Positions 61,479-64,000 of a DNA stretch of 64,000 nt are shown in pieces; the stretch's first letter is position 1, and every line of letters begins with the position of its first letter. The position numbers were made by a program, and so were the translations under genes. Below the pieces are notes generated by a model. That model was not told the DNA's origin. It searched no databases and was given only the letters and a program-made list of their open reading frames with translations. The stretch spans positions 62,001 through 126,000 of the forward strand of contig MCFE01000204.1 in NCBI GenBank assembly GCA_002104905.1, in the 5' to 3' direction. This DNA comes from Basidiobolus meristosporus CBS 931.73 (taxonomy: Eukaryota > Fungi > Basidiobolomycota).

Positions 61479-62658
61479 ATGACTCTTCCTATCAATGATA
61501 CTCCTCTTTCCGTCTCTAACCTCTCCCCAGAGGAATACAGAAAGCGCAAAGTAGCCCTCATCAGTGGTATGTAGCTCATCGGTCCGCGCTGCACCGAGGC
61601 CTTGTCTTAACGTTGCTTGATTTCTAGGTATCAGTGGTCAAGATGGGTCTTACTTGACTGAACTGTTGATCTCCAAGGGATACACCGTGCACGGTATCAT
61701 CCGTCGCTCCTCATCCTTCAACACTGGTAGAATTGAGCACCTGTACCAAGACCGCCACGAGGACGGCTCTCCCAAGATGGTTCTTCACTACGGTGATTTG
61801 ACCGATTCCACCTGCTTGGTGCACATCATTTCTCAGATCCAACCTACTGAGATCTATAACTTGGGTGCTCAGTCCCACGTCAAGGTCTCCTTCGATATGG
61901 CCGAGTACACAGCTGATGTTGACGGTCTTGGTACCTTGCGTTTGCTGGATGCCATCCGTACCTGTGGACTTACCAAGCACGTGCGTTTCTACCAAGCCTC
62001 CACCTCCGAGTTGTACGGCCAAGTTGTCGAAACCCCTCAAAAGGAAACCACCCCCTTCTACCCTCGCTCCCCTTATGGTGTTGCCAAACTCTACGCCTAC
62101 TGGATCGTTGTCAACTACAGAGAAGCCTATGATATGTATGCTTGCAACGGTATTCTGTTCAACCACGAATCTCCCCGCCGTGGCCGTACCTTCGTCACCC
62201 GTAAGATCTCCCGTGCCGTTGCCAACATCCACCTTGGAAAGCAAGAATGCATCTACTTGGGTAACGTTGACTCCAAGCGTGATTGGGGACACGCTCGTGA
62301 CTACGTCGAGGGCATGTGGATGATGCTTCAACAAGACAAGGCTGAGGACTTCGTGTTGGCCACTGGAGAGACCCACACCGTTCGTGAGTATGTTGAGAAA
62401 GCCTTCAAGGTTATTGGTAAGGACATTGTTTGGGAAGGAGAGGCTGAGGGATTGATCGGAAAGGAGGCTGACACCGGTGTTGTCCGTGTTCGCATTGATC
62501 CCAAATACTATCGCCCCACCGAGGTCGATCTCTTGTTGGGCGAGCCCACAAAGGCTCAAAAGACCATGGGCTGGAAGCGCAAGGTTACTTTCGAAGAACT
62601 TGTTCAAGAAATGGTAACTGCCGATATTGAAGGTGTGAAGACCGGTGATCTTAATTAG
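61479..62658 (+). CDS. gmd: GDP-mannose 4,6-dehydratase (GDP-L-fucose synthesis), 2 exons
   Basis: Exon 1 (..RKRKVALIS) plus intron 61567-61627 yields [10 protein letters not shown]; [51 protein letters not shown]. Strong codon bias. Confidence 0.97.
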
Positions 62659-63649
62659 ACTTAGCTCCCAAGTATTCCTTGATTATTCCCCAACTCATCA
62701 TTTCAATGAATAATATGTAATTTTATTTTTAATTATGCACACCATTATTCCACTACAATAAATGATTTCAACGAAATTCTTTTGACGTATCTTCCGGTCA
62801 TGTAGCCGATGCACCAACTTGGAAACTGTAGCCCTGCCTGAATCCAACGTGCTGGATTGAACCTGAGAGATCCTGCCCTTGTCTTATCTCCCCAAGCGTA
62901 GGATTTCAGGGCTGCAGGAGCGAGTGGAGAGCTCTCGGAGCCTGATCCAATCGGCACCAGTTTGGAAAACTAAATGAAATTGTGTGACGACCAGCTCATT
63001 TCATGATGACGAAAGCATCACCGAATCCACCCTTAAAAACAGCACCATGTCAACCACCAAGCGTCCGAATTAGGCAAATCCCCTTTCTGACTAGTTCAAT
63101 CCAGCCGCTAGCTCCAAGTCATGATCCATGATTTTCTCACCACGACATTTACACTTATAAGTGGTGGAGAGACGATAGATAAAGTGCTGTACCTTCATTT
63201 AGCAGCAATCATGTCAACCGAGCATCCTAACTGCAGCTTTGGATTTTGTAGCTCAAATGGTGGCCTGTGTGGATCATTGCGCAGGGTGTTGGCTGAGGAT
63301 CTCCATAGTGTGTGTAACCTGTACCGGGCGAGTCTATTAATTACAGTCGATGTGATTCCAAGGTTGTGGCCAATCACTGGGTAGAAAGTGGCCGAGAGAT
63401 GGACGGCGCTTGTTCATTGGTTGGGACTAGTGCCAGGATGCTCACCAATTCCATAAAGGTAAATTGCCAAACTTGTTGACAGGAACAAGATCATTACTCC
63501 TGGCACGCGTTACCATTGACAAATTAGATGGATCGGTCAAGGTTATTTCAAGGAGTACTGATCTGAGACTGTCAACCACGATACAAGGTGGTTTAGATGA
63601 GTTAGAAATGGCTAAAAAAGAGGCTAGCCTGTGTTATATTATGCCCATA

Positions 63650-64000
63650 TGACTCCTATTAACATTAGATGGGCATAGATTGGTCTAGATACTTGATATA
63701 TGCCAAACAATATACCATTCTTGTATTTAGTTATTCAATATAAACTTAGGTAGCTGGTGGTTGCCATATTCATTAAATATATTTATCAATTGCATTTCCA
63801 TTGCCAGAGAATCTGGTGAGTGAAGTAGTGTCTCAGTGATGTACAGCCAAATAATAGCAGTGCTGTAGTCACTTTAGTGAACAATGCTTTATTTGCAATA
63901 TAGTTTGCCTCAAAAGTCATCTGAGTTGTAATAATACAAAACATTGTGAACTTGAAAACTTGGCAATTGATAGTGTTTAGGAAATTGGAAACTTTTAATG
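63650..64000 (-). mobile_element. Decayed copia RNase H remnant, edge of a second CpG-free element island
   Basis: The minus strand gives TTQMTFEANYIA (copia xEAEYIA) and ITKYKNGIL. No CpG seen in this stretch. Confidence 0.6.

Noticed and set aside
61711-62607. 298-aa antisense ORF over GMD
   Set aside because: It is a shadow of the strong codon bias on the coding strand and has no family motifs.
62830-62915. TPP-riboswitch-like words (GAACCTGA, GCGTAGG)
   Set aside because: The UGAGA element is in the wrong order, no P2/P3 pairing is evident, and there is no thiamine gene context.
1-64000. tRNA, rRNA or snRNA genes
   Set aside because: No convincing T-loop/acceptor-stem or snRNA signature was seen by eye. 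tRNAscan-SE and Infernal would be decisive.

Overview
Eukaryotic, intron-rich fungal DNA with short introns (mostly about 45-80 nt) and the standard genetic code. The gene content (GDP-mannose 4,6-dehydratase, Pac2/Gti1 factor, perilipin, TPS2, KEX1) and gene style fit an early-diverging fungus (Mucoromycota/Zoopagomycota-like; this is inference). About 17 intact genes are recognisable: PX/DUF3818 protein (5'-partial), PQ-loop transporter, ALDH, PMP3, UBC12, a minimal perilipin, PSY2/PP4R3, TPS2, a kelch protein, a secreted phosphoesterase, pirin, an OSH4/KES1-type ORP, a Gti1/Pac2 factor, DOA4/USP8, a hypothetical protein, KEX1 and GMD. An ISA1 copy carries a frameshift that removes its C-terminal CGCG motif. 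Positions ~50.7-59.6 kb are an almost CpG-free island of decayed Ty1/copia elements. It holds nine copies of one ~345-bp LTR, including a three-level nesting with two intact 5-bp TSDs and a Ty5-type half-tRNA(iMet) primer-binding site. A second CpG-free copia remnant begins at the right edge. Several long intergenic stretches look like decayed spliced genes, but I could not identify them. No tRNA, rRNA, CRISPR or riboswitch was recognised. All exon boundaries and counts were read by eye.
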